Assembly: GCA_963665115.1 (NCBI GenBank)
Contig: OY762007.1
Coordinates: 5,472,001-5,536,000 of the forward strand
DNA: 64,000 nt
Source of the DNA: an uncultured Rivularia sp.
Lineage (GTDB): Bacteria > Cyanobacteriota > Cyanobacteriia > Cyanobacteriales > Nostocaceae
Direction of reading: 5' to 3'
Position numbers and translations under genes: made by a program. Shown in pieces: positions 53,744-64,000 of this stretch. The notes below the pieces were generated by a model. It was not told the DNA's origin and searched no databases. It was given only the letters and a program-made list of their open reading frames with translations. How positions within the stretch are numbered: the stretch's first letter is position 1; each line of letters starts with the position of its first letter.

Positions 53744-54778
53744 TTAATAGTTTACTTGCTTGAGGACTATACGATTGCGACCCTCTTGTTTAGCTTGATA
53801 AAGTGCTTTATCTGCTGACAAAATTAAATCGCTTGGCGAAGATTTAAAGTTAGGTATGGTGGTTGCTACTCCCAAACTCAAAGTTACATAATTACTAACC
53901 CCAGATTCTGAGTGCGAAACCTGTAGCTCTCTAACTCCCGATTGCATCAAAGCTGCAACGTGAACTGCACCTGGTGCGTGTGTATTTGGCATTATTACAG
54001 CAAATTCTTCGCCACCGTAACGGGCGACTAAATCCTGATGCTTTTGTGCCGCACCATTCAAAACAGCACCCACCTTTTGCAAGCACAAATCTCCTGCTGG
54101 ATGACCATATTTATCATTAAAACGTTTAAAAAAGTCTATATCGCACAAAATTAGTGAAAGCGGTTTGTCGGAACCAGCTAAATTCATCCATTGATTATTT
54201 ATGTACTGATCGAACCGACGACGATTGGCCAACCCAGTTAAACCATCCATGTTGGCTAATTGCTGCAAAGCTTGGTTAGCAGCTTCTAACTGTTTATATA
54301 GTTGAGATTGTTGCAATAACCGCCGTACCCTTTGACGTAATACAGCCCAATGAATGGGCTTGGTAACATAATCGCTAGCTCCCGAGCCAAAAGCACGATC
54401 TACGGATGCTGGATCGTCTAAACCCGTAATCATTAGTATTGGGGTACGTTCCCACAGTTTGGAAATGACGCTGGTGCTTGCATAGGATTCAGTATCAAAG
54501 TTTGCTAAAGCTAAAGCTAAATTATTTCTAGTAATCTGCATTAATTCGTGGCAGCAGGTAAAGCCATCCATCACTGGCATTAATGCATCTAGTAGAACCA
54601 AATCGGGTTTTAAATCAATATATGCATCTAAACACTCCTGACCGTTAGTAACATCTACTACGCGATATCCTTCATTGTCCATATATTCACATAGAAGAGT
54701 CCGTATGGCTTTATCGTCATCAGCCACTAAAATCAACGGAGGTTTACTAGAAAAAGAAGTTGGGCTTGTGCCTGACAT
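53744..54778 (-). CDS. response-regulator diguanylate cyclase (REC-GGDEF)
   Basis: VADDD, LLDALMP and KP receiver motifs; DGLTGLANRR, DIDFFK and RYGGEEF cyclase motifs. Confidence 0.95.
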   Translation of the reverse strand: MSGTSPTSFSSKPPLILVADDDKAIRTLLCEYMDNEGYRVVDVTNGQECLDAYIDLKPDLVLLDALMPVMDGFTCCHELMQITRNNLALALANFDTESYASTSVISKLWERTPILMITGLDDPASVDRAFGSGASDYVTKPIHWAVLRQRVRRLLQQSQLYKQLEAANQALQQLANMDGLTGLANRRRFDQYINNQWMNLAGSDKPLSLILCDIDFFKRFNDKYGHPAGDLCLQKVGAVLNGAAQKHQDLVARYGGEEFAVIMPNTHAPGAVHVAALMQSGVRELQVSHSESGVSNYVTLSLGVATTIPNFKSSPSDLILSADKALYQAKQEGRNRIVLKQVNY

Positions 54779-55881
54779 GAGTTGCGTTCTACAGAATACT
54801 AAAGTGATAAAGCTAAAAGTAAATTGATACAGCTTGCCAGAAACTTGGACAACTATACCTGGACTACTTTCAGACTTTTCACAGCATTTATCTTTATTTG
54901 TTATTGCGCGTTAGCGAAGGCTTATCGCCGCCCTTTTTGCCATTAATAATGCGTAAACTAATTGCACTATGATTTTTAGTTGCAACATTACGACAACAGG
55001 GTGAACGAAAATTAAATCGCCCGCGTGCGGATTTATTTTAAAAACAAAACTGACAGTAAATAATATTTATCTATCAACAATTGATTACTTATTACTGTCG
55101 TCTTCATTGCTGTATCGCATGAAGGGCTTTTAAGGTGGAAAATAAATGTCAGTTAAACCTGTATTCTGTTTCACTATTATCTGCTGGAGTTTCGCAGATA
55201 CTCTTGCTGTTGCAAACAAAGCTTTTGGTAGATGATCTAATTGCATATCTATCTAATCTGGTTAGAACCCTGTTAACGATATAATAAGAACCGAACCACC
55301 ATGCAGTGGAAAGAAAGTCTTATTATCTATAGTTCCCAGATACTCACTCGCAATCACAATTTTCTATAAAAATTAGGTATTACACCTAGAGTCGCCAATA
55401 AAAATACCGAGGTGTCAAGCTATTAAGCTGCCCCTTAAACAATATTTCACCGAATTTTAAATTTTTTTGAAATTTTGTAGATATTGCACAAAGTGGAGGT
55501 GTAAATTTTCTTACCTCAAACTAAGCATGGATGAATTTTAAATGGTTCTTCTATACTTTTTATGCTAAAGAATTAGTTTAAATATGGGAATAGAGAATAG
55601 GGCACGGGGAACAGAGGAAAGGATGATATTAATGAATAATTTTAGTTGTAGAGATTAATAATTCTCGTATAGTAGGTATTACAGAGCTTTTACTCGTATT
55701 TCATCATACCAATTGCTGAATAATGTTTGAAAGTTATAAATTTATCAATGAGACTTAGAATAACGTCTACGATTTAATATTAGGCGAAGAGCTTCTTGAT
55801 ACGTAGTGCTAATCTAAAATCTAAAATCTAAAATTAATTGATTAACAGTATTTTTCGAGTTCTTACACAAACGAAAGTCCA

Positions 55882-56142
55882 ATGCCAGATTCATTGATGT
55901 ACCAACAGGATGATTATGTAGTCCTAGAAACTAACCAACCGGAAAAGTTTCTCACTTCCACAGAGTTGTTGGAAAAGCTCAAACAGACTTTGCAACAACT
56001 CAAGGAAGAAGAATTACCGCACGATCTAAAAAAAATTGATTCCCTTCAAAGCCAAGCAGAATATTTACTTGACACTAGCTGCGAGTTGGATCTCGGCCCA
56101 GGACAATATTTACAGTGGTATGCGGTACGTTTAGAAAAGTGA
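55882..56142 (+). CDS. chlororespiratory reduction protein 7 (CRR7)-like NDH assembly factor
   Basis: YVVLETNQPEKFLT...LLDTSCELD...QWYAVRLEK. Confidence 0.85.
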   Translation: MPDSLMYQQDDYVVLETNQPEKFLTSTELLEKLKQTLQQLKEEELPHDLKKIDSLQSQAEYLLDTSCELDLGPGQYLQWYAVRLEK

Positions 56143-56154
56143 AAGGCTGGAAGT

Positions 56155-56715
56155 TTAGCTTTTCTCGGTTTCAGAATTAGTTACTAATGTTAATTCAATT
56201 CTCTCTTCTTCTGGCTGTGCGATTTTTACATCTACCCCTGGACCAAAAAAAGCAGTCATTTTTTGCTGCTTTTGCTCCCAAACGTCCAGCGGTACTTGGG
56301 GTGAATCAAAATCTAGTACTAAAGCATAGTTACCGTCTATTTCCTTTTCTTGCAATGCTAAAATTTCGGGTAATTCTTCATCTAACTGACCTAAGCCAAG
56401 ATGACTTAAAGCTTTATCCAAGTGAACATCAATTCCATAACGATATCTAGTGATATCTTGACGCACTTGATTTAGAGTGTCAGTTGCTTTTTGCTCTCGT
56501 AGCGATAAAACAGATTCTGGTGTCGGAGGCACAAACGGTACGGGTTTCAGTTCGTTGGCTTTTAGTGCAAGTCCTCCCAACAGTATGGGAATGCCGTAAA
56601 AAAAACCGATAAGATTGAGCGTAGCATTGTGGACTGCATAAGAGACAAAGCCCATTATGGTTAAAATACCACCGATAATTAAACCTACAGTTCCCAAAGA
56701 AATTTTGCGTAGCAT
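56155..56715 (-). CDS. DUF2854 family membrane protein
   Basis: Two N-terminal TM helices, FYGIPILLGGLALKANELKP, RYRYG and FFGPG motifs. Confidence 0.85.
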   Translation of the reverse strand: MLRKISLGTVGLIIGGILTIMGFVSYAVHNATLNLIGFFYGIPILLGGLALKANELKPVPFVPPTPESVLSLREQKATDTLNQVRQDITRYRYGIDVHLDKALSHLGLGQLDEELPEILALQEKEIDGNYALVLDFDSPQVPLDVWEQKQQKMTAFFGPGVDVKIAQPEEERIELTLVTNSETEKS

Positions 56716-56860
56716 ACTCTATGATCGTATTTTAAATTTAACTGTAACGATTTTTTCATTATCACCGAAAATCAGTAATACTTTGATAAAATTAAATGCC
56801 CATTACCGTTTCTTTTGGGTTAAGTTGAAAGTATTACTTAGCTAAATTTTGCTACAAACA

Positions 56861-57028
56861 ATGGATATACAGAATATAAAAGACAGAATTGCCGTAGTTG
56901 AAAGCAAGCGCGAATATCTACTTAGTTTGTTGGAACAGCCAAACTTGGGAACGATTAGAATCGATGTCAATCAGGCTTTAGAAGAAATGGATGAATTGCT
57001 TGATGAATACAAACGTACTTTTCCTTAG
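56861..57028 (+). CDS. small helical-hairpin protein (55 aa), absent from the ORF track
   Basis: MDIQNIKDRIAVVESKREYLLSLLEQPNLGTIRIDVNQALEEMDELLDEYKRTFP*, followed by the hairpin CCCTCAC...GTGAGGG. Confidence 0.8.
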   Translation: MDIQNIKDRIAVVESKREYLLSLLEQPNLGTIRIDVNQALEEMDELLDEYKRTFP

Positions 57029-57302
57029 ATAATAAGGTACGAAAAATAATTTCCCTCACGCTTCGCTGGTGAGGGTTTAAATATCCCTTTAAATGTGTCC
57101 TAATAATTAAGCTAGCAAGACTTTCATACGATCGAAATCATCTTGCTCGAAAATATCATTAAATCCGAAAAAAAATTGAGTATCAAACTATTGTGCGTCA
57201 GTATTTAGCCTTAAATCGTAGCTCTACTGGCGCTTCATATATATTTTGTACTTATTTATTACTTAAAATCTAACCTACCATTAGGAAGTCTATTCTGCTT
57301 TA

Positions 57303-57707
57303 TTAAGAATTTGTTTTTGGTTCTCCCAACTGCTTAATCAAGCCAACGAGTTCGTTAGTTGGTACATCTTTCTTGCAAAAAGCATCTACTCTACCCATTG
57401 CTTTTGTTTCCTGAAAATACTTTTCTTCCACAGAAGAATAAGCAATGATTTGAGTATCGGGGGATATATCTTTAATTTTGCACGAAGCACTCCAGCCATC
57501 CATGACCGGCATCTGTAAATCTAAGACAATTACATCCGGATAGCAGTTTTGAACCATTTCTACAGCTTCTTTACCATTACTAGCCAAGCCTACGACTTCA
57601 ATATTTTTCTGAGAAGAAAAAGCTAGCTGAAGAGTTAAACGAGTCAGTTCGTGGTCGTCAACTACTAGAACCCTTAAGGTCGAAGGCTCACAAGACAACA
57701 TTAACAT
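57303..57707 (-). CDS. single-domain response regulator (NarL-like receiver)
   Basis: VVDDH and VLDLQMPVMDG motifs; no output domain. Confidence 0.92.
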   Translation of the reverse strand: MLMLSCEPSTLRVLVVDDHELTRLTLQLAFSSQKNIEVVGLASNGKEAVEMVQNCYPDVIVLDLQMPVMDGWSASCKIKDISPDTQIIAYSSVEEKYFQETKAMGRVDAFCKKDVPTNELVGLIKQLGEPKTNS

Positions 57708-57850
57708 TTAATAAATAGAAAAGAATTTACACTAACCTTTATAGTTTATTGGATAAGGTAGGGCAACTAACTCTATCCTATGGTTGAATAATTTCTATGC
57801 ATTAATAACAAATTATGTAGTTGTTTTGCCAGAAACTATTTAAGCTGCCC

Positions 57851-60067
57851 TCAAGTTAAGTCAACAAGATATAAAGAATTCTTCTTAGAACCGATCAAAT
57901 TGGAGGCATTTGTACTTTTATCTGAAGCAATTTGCATCAATGTTTTTTGCGAACCAGCTTCTGAAGAGTCTTCGCTCGGTTTCCTCTGGATATAATTACC
58001 ATCTGAGTGTAGTTCCCAAGCTTGACGGTTATCGGCGAGCATAATCCCCAAGATTTCTTGTATATCTTTAGCAATGTCTGGGTCTTTTATCGGGGCTATA
58101 ACTTCTACCCTCCGATCTAAATTACGTGGCATCCAGTCAGCGCTGCCAATAAAAATTTGCTCGTCACCATTGTTGTAAAAGTAGAAAATGCGGGAATGTT
58201 CTAAGAAGCGACCCACAATACTAATTACGCGAATATTTTCGCTGACATCTTTGAGTCCCGGACGCAAACAGCAGATTCCTCTTACAATCAGGTCAATTTG
58301 CACTCCCGCACGAGAAGCTTCGTATAATGCAGCAATTATTTGAGAATCTACTAAAGAATTCATTTTAGCTACAATGCGCCCGGAAAAACCATTTTTAACA
58401 TTTTCTATTTCCCGATTAATTAGTATTAGGAAACGTTCTCGCATATTGACTGGTGCAACCAATAATTCTCGATAAGCTTTTTGTCGAGAATAACCAGTTA
58501 AGAAATTAAATACGTCCGTAACATCAGCCCCTAATTCTTCTCGACAACTAAATAATCCTACATCAGTATAAATTCTTGCCGTCTTCGGATTGTAATTCCC
58601 GGTACCAATATGTACATAACGACGGATTTGGTCTTGTTCCTGACGCACTACCATCACAATTTTGCTGTGAGTTTTTAGACCTACAAGTCCATAAACTACG
58701 TGAACGCCCGTACTTTCTAAGCGCCTAGCCCAGTAAATATTGTTCTCTTCATCAAAGCGTGCCTTGAGTTCCACAAGTACGGACACTTGCTTGCCGTTTT
58801 CAGCAGCATTGATTAAAGCGTTGACAATTGGCGAATCTCCAGAAGTCCGGTAAAGGGTCATTTTTATTGCCAATACGTCGGTGTCGTGGGCAGCATTGGT
58901 AATAAAACGTACTACCGACGCTGAAAAAGATTCATAAGGATGGTGTACGAATAAATCCCCTTCTCGAATTGCAGTGAAAAAATCTTTTCCTTCTTCTATG
59001 GGCTGCATATTCGGATTAAAAGTTGACTCTTTTATCCTTTGTATACTAGAAGGTACTACGGGCTTCCAGGATGCATCCTTAAATTCCGGCACTGGTAGCG
59101 ACATAAAATACATTAAATCTCGCAATCCCAAAAGACCATCTATTTCATAGACATCATTTTCCGATAAATCCAATACTTCTAACAGCTTTGTTCTTACCGT
59201 GCTTGGTGTTTGAGATTGCAATTCAATTCTGACCGGATTTCCTCCAGCCCTGCGTTTTCGCAGTTCTTGTTCGATTGCTAATAACAAATCGTCGGCTTCA
59301 TCTTCTTCTAAAGCCAGATCGGCATCGCGAGTAATGCGAAAAGTGTAATACTCCTGAATATTCATTCCAGGGAATAAACACTGCAAATTGTGGGCGATCG
59401 CCTGTTCGATAGGTACACCACTCCAGATGCAAGGTTTGCCATTTCGTTCAATACCCAACTCCGGTGGTAAAGGCAAAAATCGCGGTAGAACTTTAGGAAC
59501 TTTGATTCTGGCAAAAAGTTCTTCTTCGGTTTCGGGGTTTTTGACCACAACCGCCAAATTCAAGCTGAGATTCGAGATGTAGGGAAAAGGATGACTCGGA
59601 TCTACAGCAAGTGGTGTAATAACCGGAAAAACTTGTTCCTCAAAGCGATTATCTAAATATTTGCGTTGTTTTTCAGTTAAATCGATGTAATCGAGAATAT
59701 GAATACCGTGAGATGCTAACTCAGGTCGCAGTGTCTTTTCAAAATGTTGGTGCTGTTGAACTACTACCGGACGCAACATAAAGCTAATTTCTTCTAATTG
59801 TTGTTGCGGGGTGCGACCATCAAAACTTTTGCTACTAACTTTAGCTTCTACCTGCTGCCTTAACCCTGCAACCCGCACCATGAAAAATTCATCGAGATTA
59901 GTGCAGAAAATTGCCAAAAATTTAAGACGTTCTAACAATGGTGTTCGGGCATCCATTGCTTCATGCAACACCCGATTATTAAATTCCAGCCAGCTTAACT
60001 CTCGGTTGAGATAGTATTTCGGGTCTGATAACTTGTTCGGATTGGCAGTTTTCTTCGATTTCGCCAT
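57851..60067 (-). CDS. ppk1: polyphosphate kinase 1
   Basis: NRELSWLEFN, HPFP, HHPY, ELKARFDE, KTHSK and FLEHSR motifs; likely start MAKSKK. Confidence 0.97.
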   Translation of the reverse strand: MAKSKKTANPNKLSDPKYYLNRELSWLEFNNRVLHEAMDARTPLLERLKFLAIFCTNLDEFFMVRVAGLRQQVEAKVSSKSFDGRTPQQQLEEISFMLRPVVVQQHQHFEKTLRPELASHGIHILDYIDLTEKQRKYLDNRFEEQVFPVITPLAVDPSHPFPYISNLSLNLAVVVKNPETEEELFARIKVPKVLPRFLPLPPELGIERNGKPCIWSGVPIEQAIAHNLQCLFPGMNIQEYYTFRITRDADLALEEDEADDLLLAIEQELRKRRAGGNPVRIELQSQTPSTVRTKLLEVLDLSENDVYEIDGLLGLRDLMYFMSLPVPEFKDASWKPVVPSSIQRIKESTFNPNMQPIEEGKDFFTAIREGDLFVHHPYESFSASVVRFITNAAHDTDVLAIKMTLYRTSGDSPIVNALINAAENGKQVSVLVELKARFDEENNIYWARRLESTGVHVVYGLVGLKTHSKIVMVVRQEQDQIRRYVHIGTGNYNPKTARIYTDVGLFSCREELGADVTDVFNFLTGYSRQKAYRELLVAPVNMRERFLILINREIENVKNGFSGRIVAKMNSLVDSQIIAALYEASRAGVQIDLIVRGICCLRPGLKDVSENIRVISIVGRFLEHSRIFYFYNNGDEQIFIGSADWMPRNLDRRVEVIAPIKDPDIAKDIQEILGIMLADNRQAWELHSDGNYIQRKPSEDSSEAGSQKTLMQIASDKSTNASNLIGSKKNSLYLVDLT

Positions 60068-60410
60068 GATGACCTTTCTGGTGGGCTGGTGCGACAGATA
60101 CACTATTAAGCGTGACTATAAATATAGTAGATTAAATGTAGCCACCGATTCTATCTGGAGAACAATTATTCAGTTACCAGCGAGCAGTTATCAATTGTTT
60201 TTAGCTATGTCAAATTACTTAAAATCTTTCAAATCTTTTTCATAACATTCTTGTACTTAGAAAAACACTCGAAAGAGTGTATAAATGCATGATTATTCTT
60301 GAATTAAAACTGTCTTCTAACCTTCGCTGAAATGTTCGATTAAATACTTTTATTATTTATAAATCGAACAAATCACTGCTCGCTGATGACTGTTCACTGC
60401 TCACCGTTTA

Positions 60411-63400
60411 CTATTTCTTCTGTTTCTTCTTAGCTGCTGCGGAGACTGGTAGCTGTAGATTTTGGTTATAAACGAACTTATTGTTAATTACTATCTGTCG
60501 CTTGGGAAGAGTATTGTTAGAATTTAAGCTATCTTGGGGAGAAACTCGCAAAGTATATTTACCGACGGGAACCCCATCAAGACGATACAAACCAAATTGG
60601 TCGGTAGTTCCAGATAATACTCGTGCCCCCGTGCTGGTGACTAATTCTATACGTACTTCTTTTAGAGGTTGACCAGATGCATCAGTTACCTTTCCGGCAA
60701 CTCCGTATTCAGTCCTCACGGGGAAATCTACGCGAGTTACCCCAGAAGGAGCGACTTCGGCAACTAAACTGGTTTTAGATACTGCGAGTTCGATGGGTAA
60801 TTCTTCGGGTTCGAGTTCAATAACGTAAACACCTTCTGGTAAATTACCTACAAAGAAATTACCGTTAGAGTCGGTTCTAGCAGAACCCACGTTTTTATTG
60901 CGAGTATCGTAGATGCGGACAATTGAACCGCTTAAGTCAAAGCCTTTACTTCCTTCTTTCACCGCCAGTTTACCGGAAACTGCACCGCGTTCTTTGCCGA
61001 TACCACTGTATCTAGCTGGAGTGAGTTTACCGCCTGCAACAGACATATCTGATGTCAGCGATAAACTGAGGCGACCATCATTCAACCCACCTGAACTAAT
61101 TCCTCTAGAGGGTATGGCATCATAATTAAGTCTGGCAAATAAACCGGGTAGTACTCGCATACTTGCACCCGCACTAGGTCCGACTTCTCCGTCGCTATAT
61201 GCCAAGCCTACATTCCAACTTAGTTTTTCAAGGCTATTAGGATTGTGACCAACACCTACTGAATAACGAGCAGAGTCATTTGTGCGAAATTGAGAACCGA
61301 AAGATAATTGATAATTACGGTTAAGGTTATATCTTAAATCTGATACATACGCATCACCATAAGTGTTAAAAGACAATCTAGTAGAACGATTTGGTGTAAA
61401 GAAAGCGTTAAACAAATAATCCCCAAAAATATCAGGTCTACCACTTAGAGATAAGTTAGAAAAGGGACGAGCATAAAAAGTAGGTAAAATATAATCGTTT
61501 GAATCGCTATCATCTTTACGACTGCGAGCTACAAATCCTAGATTCAATTTATTGTCGAGGCGATATCGAAATTCTAAACTATGATTATACCGTTCTCCAT
61601 TTGATTCTTTGCCTGTTCTATACTCTTGTGGCAATGACTGAGAATTAGCATTTATTTCTAATTTATCTAAATCAATGTCCAAATTAGCTGAGTAACCAAC
61701 TTTATCAAAAGAATTTCCCACACTTGCTGATAAGATAACCGGATTTGCTAAACGCCAAACTAAACCAGCTTGTGTTTGGAAAGAATTAGGAATTGCTTGC
61801 AAAGAACCTTCAAAGGTTAAGTTATCAGAAAGTCCTTGACGTAACTGATAAAAACCAACAAGACTACCTTCATCCGTAGAATTAAAATCGCTGAATAAAG
61901 AATCTTGAACTAAGTTTCCACTAAAACCTAATCCACCTAACTGTACATTACCTCCTGCTGGTAATAGCAGATCGGAGGCATTAATTCTAACAGTACGAAT
62001 ATCAATAGGAGCGCGTAAATTGTTACGATCAAAAACTAAAACTTCAACTTCATTACTTTGACCAACAGGTAATCTTACATCTAGAAATTCGTATATCCCA
62101 TCGAATCCTACCTGTTGCTCTGCAACTCTGACCCCACTCACTCTTAACTGTACAACACTTGTAGGCGGAACTCTACCGCTAAATGTTTGTACCGAACGAG
62201 AACGTCTGGGTAAAATTTCGTTAGCGCTGTAAGTTGAATTAAAATAGTCTGCGGGTAAATTACTATAACCAAATTGTAAACCTGTGAGGTCAAGTCCATT
62301 TAAAAGAGGATGTAAACCTAGTCTTTGGCGACCTAATTGATAACGAAATTGACCGCTACGTTTATAGAAAAAGTATTCAGTTAAATTGGGCTGGTTGCGA
62401 AAGTTATTATTCATTCGCAAACGCCAAGTTCCACCCGCAAGTCTTCCACCCAAAAGTGAGTTACTCTGTACGGTTGTATCTCTAGGAGTGCTAAGAATAT
62501 TTACCTCTTGTCGTAGCCTAGAAAGTCCGCTACTAGGTGCAAAAAATTCAGGTTGCAATTCGGCGTTAGTTCGAGATTGTCTGCTACCTCCACGCCAAGG
62601 GAAGTCAACAAGTAAGGTTAAATCAGCTGTGTTAAGTTCCAAACTTATATCCAGCTTTTCTTGAAGTATTTCTTTGCTAACGTAAGTTAAACCATTAATT
62701 TGCTTTAATATGTTTGGCGGAAATTTAATTATTCCTAAAGGTGTTTTAGTTTCAATCCCACTATTAGTTTTGTTAACAGAAAATCCGCCAACTTCTGCAA
62801 GAGTTTCTAAAGGGATTAAAAGAGTATTATTTTCTTCAATAATATCGATAGTACCAACTTCCCGTCCGTTAATTACAACGCCAACAAGAAAAGGTTCCCC
62901 CGGTATTTGTGCTAATCGGATAGATTTTTTATCGCGCAGCTTATTTATTAAAGAATCGCGTAGAGAATTTCTCTTTTGATTGTTAAGTGCTGTTGCTATT
63001 TTTTGATTACTTGGTTTTTGATTGTTGTTAATATTTTTTTTGTCTAGTTGGGGTTTAGAAAGAGCTATCTCCCCAGGCTTTTGAATATCGGTGTTAACAG
63101 AATCGTTAATAGTTTTATTTAAAGAAGCAGAGATAGAAGTGCTAATTAATTGTTGAACAACCGCCAGAATTTTCGCTGTATTCACATTTGTATTGCTAGC
63201 AACTTCTTGATTGTTAGCATTACTAATATTTTCTTCTAAATTTTGATTATTGCTGGCTTCTCCGGATTTAGAAACATTAGAAGCTGTTTCATAATTTTCT
63301 GTTTGTGGTTCGACAGTATCGCCAATAGTATTGTTAATTGAAGCGTATAGAGAAACGTTGATTAATTGCTGTACCGTTGCCAGAATTTTTCCTATAGCAT

Positions 63401-63809
63401 TCTTCTCAACAGATTTGCTTTCACTCTCAGATTGCTCGTTTGTAGAGGCTTTTTCGAGAGGAGTAGGAGAGATTTTACTTTCAACTGCTGCTTGCTTATT
63501 AACAGTGGGACTTTTGGTAACAGGTAAATCTTGTTTTACCGATGTAGGAACTGGTGTAGAAGCTAAGGGTGGCTTGTTTTGTTGCGTATCAGTTTGAATA
63601 ATATCAGACTGCTGATTTTCAGTAGTACAAGGCTTTGTTGAAACAGAATTAGCCAGTATTTTACCTAGTAAGTTATTTACAAGGTCAGATTTTTGCGACT
63701 TAACTTGTAGCGATTCACAACCACTATTTTGGGTTGCAGCTTGCGGAGTTAATATACTGACTACAGGTGGGGGTGTCGGTGGTAAAGCTAGGTAGAGCAT
63801 ACTTGGCAC
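60411..63809 (-). CDS. large outer-membrane beta-barrel protein with C-terminal carboxypeptidase-regulatory-like Ig domains (divergent fimbrial usher-like)
   Basis: Low-complexity N-terminus, a long run of alternating beta strands, a plug-like segment FSGRVPPTSVVQLRVSG, and two C-terminal TDSNGNF/TDQFGLY Ig-like repeats. Confidence 0.75.
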   Translation of the reverse strand: MPSMLYLALPPTPPPVVSILTPQAATQNSGCESLQVKSQKSDLVNNLLGKILANSVSTKPCTTENQQSDIIQTDTQQNKPPLASTPVPTSVKQDLPVTKSPTVNKQAAVESKISPTPLEKASTNEQSESESKSVEKNAIGKILATVQQLINVSLYASINNTIGDTVEPQTENYETASNVSKSGEASNNQNLEENISNANNQEVASNTNVNTAKILAVVQQLISTSISASLNKTINDSVNTDIQKPGEIALSKPQLDKKNINNNQKPSNQKIATALNNQKRNSLRDSLINKLRDKKSIRLAQIPGEPFLVGVVINGREVGTIDIIEENNTLLIPLETLAEVGGFSVNKTNSGIETKTPLGIIKFPPNILKQINGLTYVSKEILQEKLDISLELNTADLTLLVDFPWRGGSRQSRTNAELQPEFFAPSSGLSRLRQEVNILSTPRDTTVQSNSLLGGRLAGGTWRLRMNNNFRNQPNLTEYFFYKRSGQFRYQLGRQRLGLHPLLNGLDLTGLQFGYSNLPADYFNSTYSANEILPRRSRSVQTFSGRVPPTSVVQLRVSGVRVAEQQVGFDGIYEFLDVRLPVGQSNEVEVLVFDRNNLRAPIDIRTVRINASDLLLPAGGNVQLGGLGFSGNLVQDSLFSDFNSTDEGSLVGFYQLRQGLSDNLTFEGSLQAIPNSFQTQAGLVWRLANPVILSASVGNSFDKVGYSANLDIDLDKLEINANSQSLPQEYRTGKESNGERYNHSLEFRYRLDNKLNLGFVARSRKDDSDSNDYILPTFYARPFSNLSLSGRPDIFGDYLFNAFFTPNRSTRLSFNTYGDAYVSDLRYNLNRNYQLSFGSQFRTNDSARYSVGVGHNPNSLEKLSWNVGLAYSDGEVGPSAGASMRVLPGLFARLNYDAIPSRGISSGGLNDGRLSLSLTSDMSVAGGKLTPARYSGIGKERGAVSGKLAVKEGSKGFDLSGSIVRIYDTRNKNVGSARTDSNGNFFVGNLPEGVYVIELEPEELPIELAVSKTSLVAEVAPSGVTRVDFPVRTEYGVAGKVTDASGQPLKEVRIELVTSTGARVLSGTTDQFGLYRLDGVPVGKYTLRVSPQDSLNSNNTLPKRQIVINNKFVYNQNLQLPVSAAAKKKQKK

Positions 63810-64000
63810 AAAGTTCTTAAAATTTAACCTGATATAGGTTGTGGACTATGAATTGTAATTATTAGTGATAGTAAAAGTTAGATAGATGCAGCTAATAAAT
63901 AATTAAATAATTAAATTAATTTTAGGTTTGTAAAAAATTAATTCAAGAGGATACAATTTTTTTGTAGTGCGGGCCGAACAGCCCGCTATGATTAACTAAA

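Noticed and set aside
53643..53760. tRNA-Thr as the attachment site of a genomic island
   Set aside because: No integrase, no duplicated tRNA 3' end seen in the window, and the flanks are ordinary cyanobacterial genes
54779..55600. c-di-GMP riboswitch upstream of the diguanylate cyclase
   Set aside because: Only a vague CGCACGCGGGCGA resemblance; I could not find the two-hairpin GNRA/receptor pattern
3708..63597. Numerous 60-175 aa ORFs antisense or out of frame within long genes
   Set aside because: Shadow ORFs of well-supported genes, with no motifs or independent start signals

Overview
AT-rich chromosomal window from a filamentous cyanobacterium, most likely Nostocales: it has frequent HIP1 GCGATCGC sites, heptamer STRR arrays and a cyanobacterial gene complement. 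Most of it is core genome: bcp, a STAS protein, a radical SAM fusion next to rne-rnhB, pheA, the str operon rpsL-rpsG-fusA-tuf-rpsJ, a HesB/IscA gene, ferredoxin-dependent glutamate synthase, dxr, tRNA-Thr(CGT), a REC-GGDEF cyclase, CRR7 and ppk1. The window ends in a large usher-like outer-membrane protein gene. The main accessory block is a ~16.5 kb divergent two-armed locus (29249-45791). Each arm has its own GT2 (likely a polyprenyl-phosphate sugar synthase), its own flippase-like protein, one candidate tailoring enzyme and three GT-C-like polytopic membrane proteins. Notable non-coding features are a ~640 nt heavily base-paired rpsL-rpsG spacer with two mutually exclusive helices, a ~790 nt structured rne leader, and a REP-doublet core that occurs inside two different MITE-like shells. 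Seven genes are broken by small indels, mostly in short C/G runs, and these are most likely consensus errors. I saw no CRISPR array, integrase, transposase or rRNA. All family assignments come from motif recognition by eye, not from database searches.
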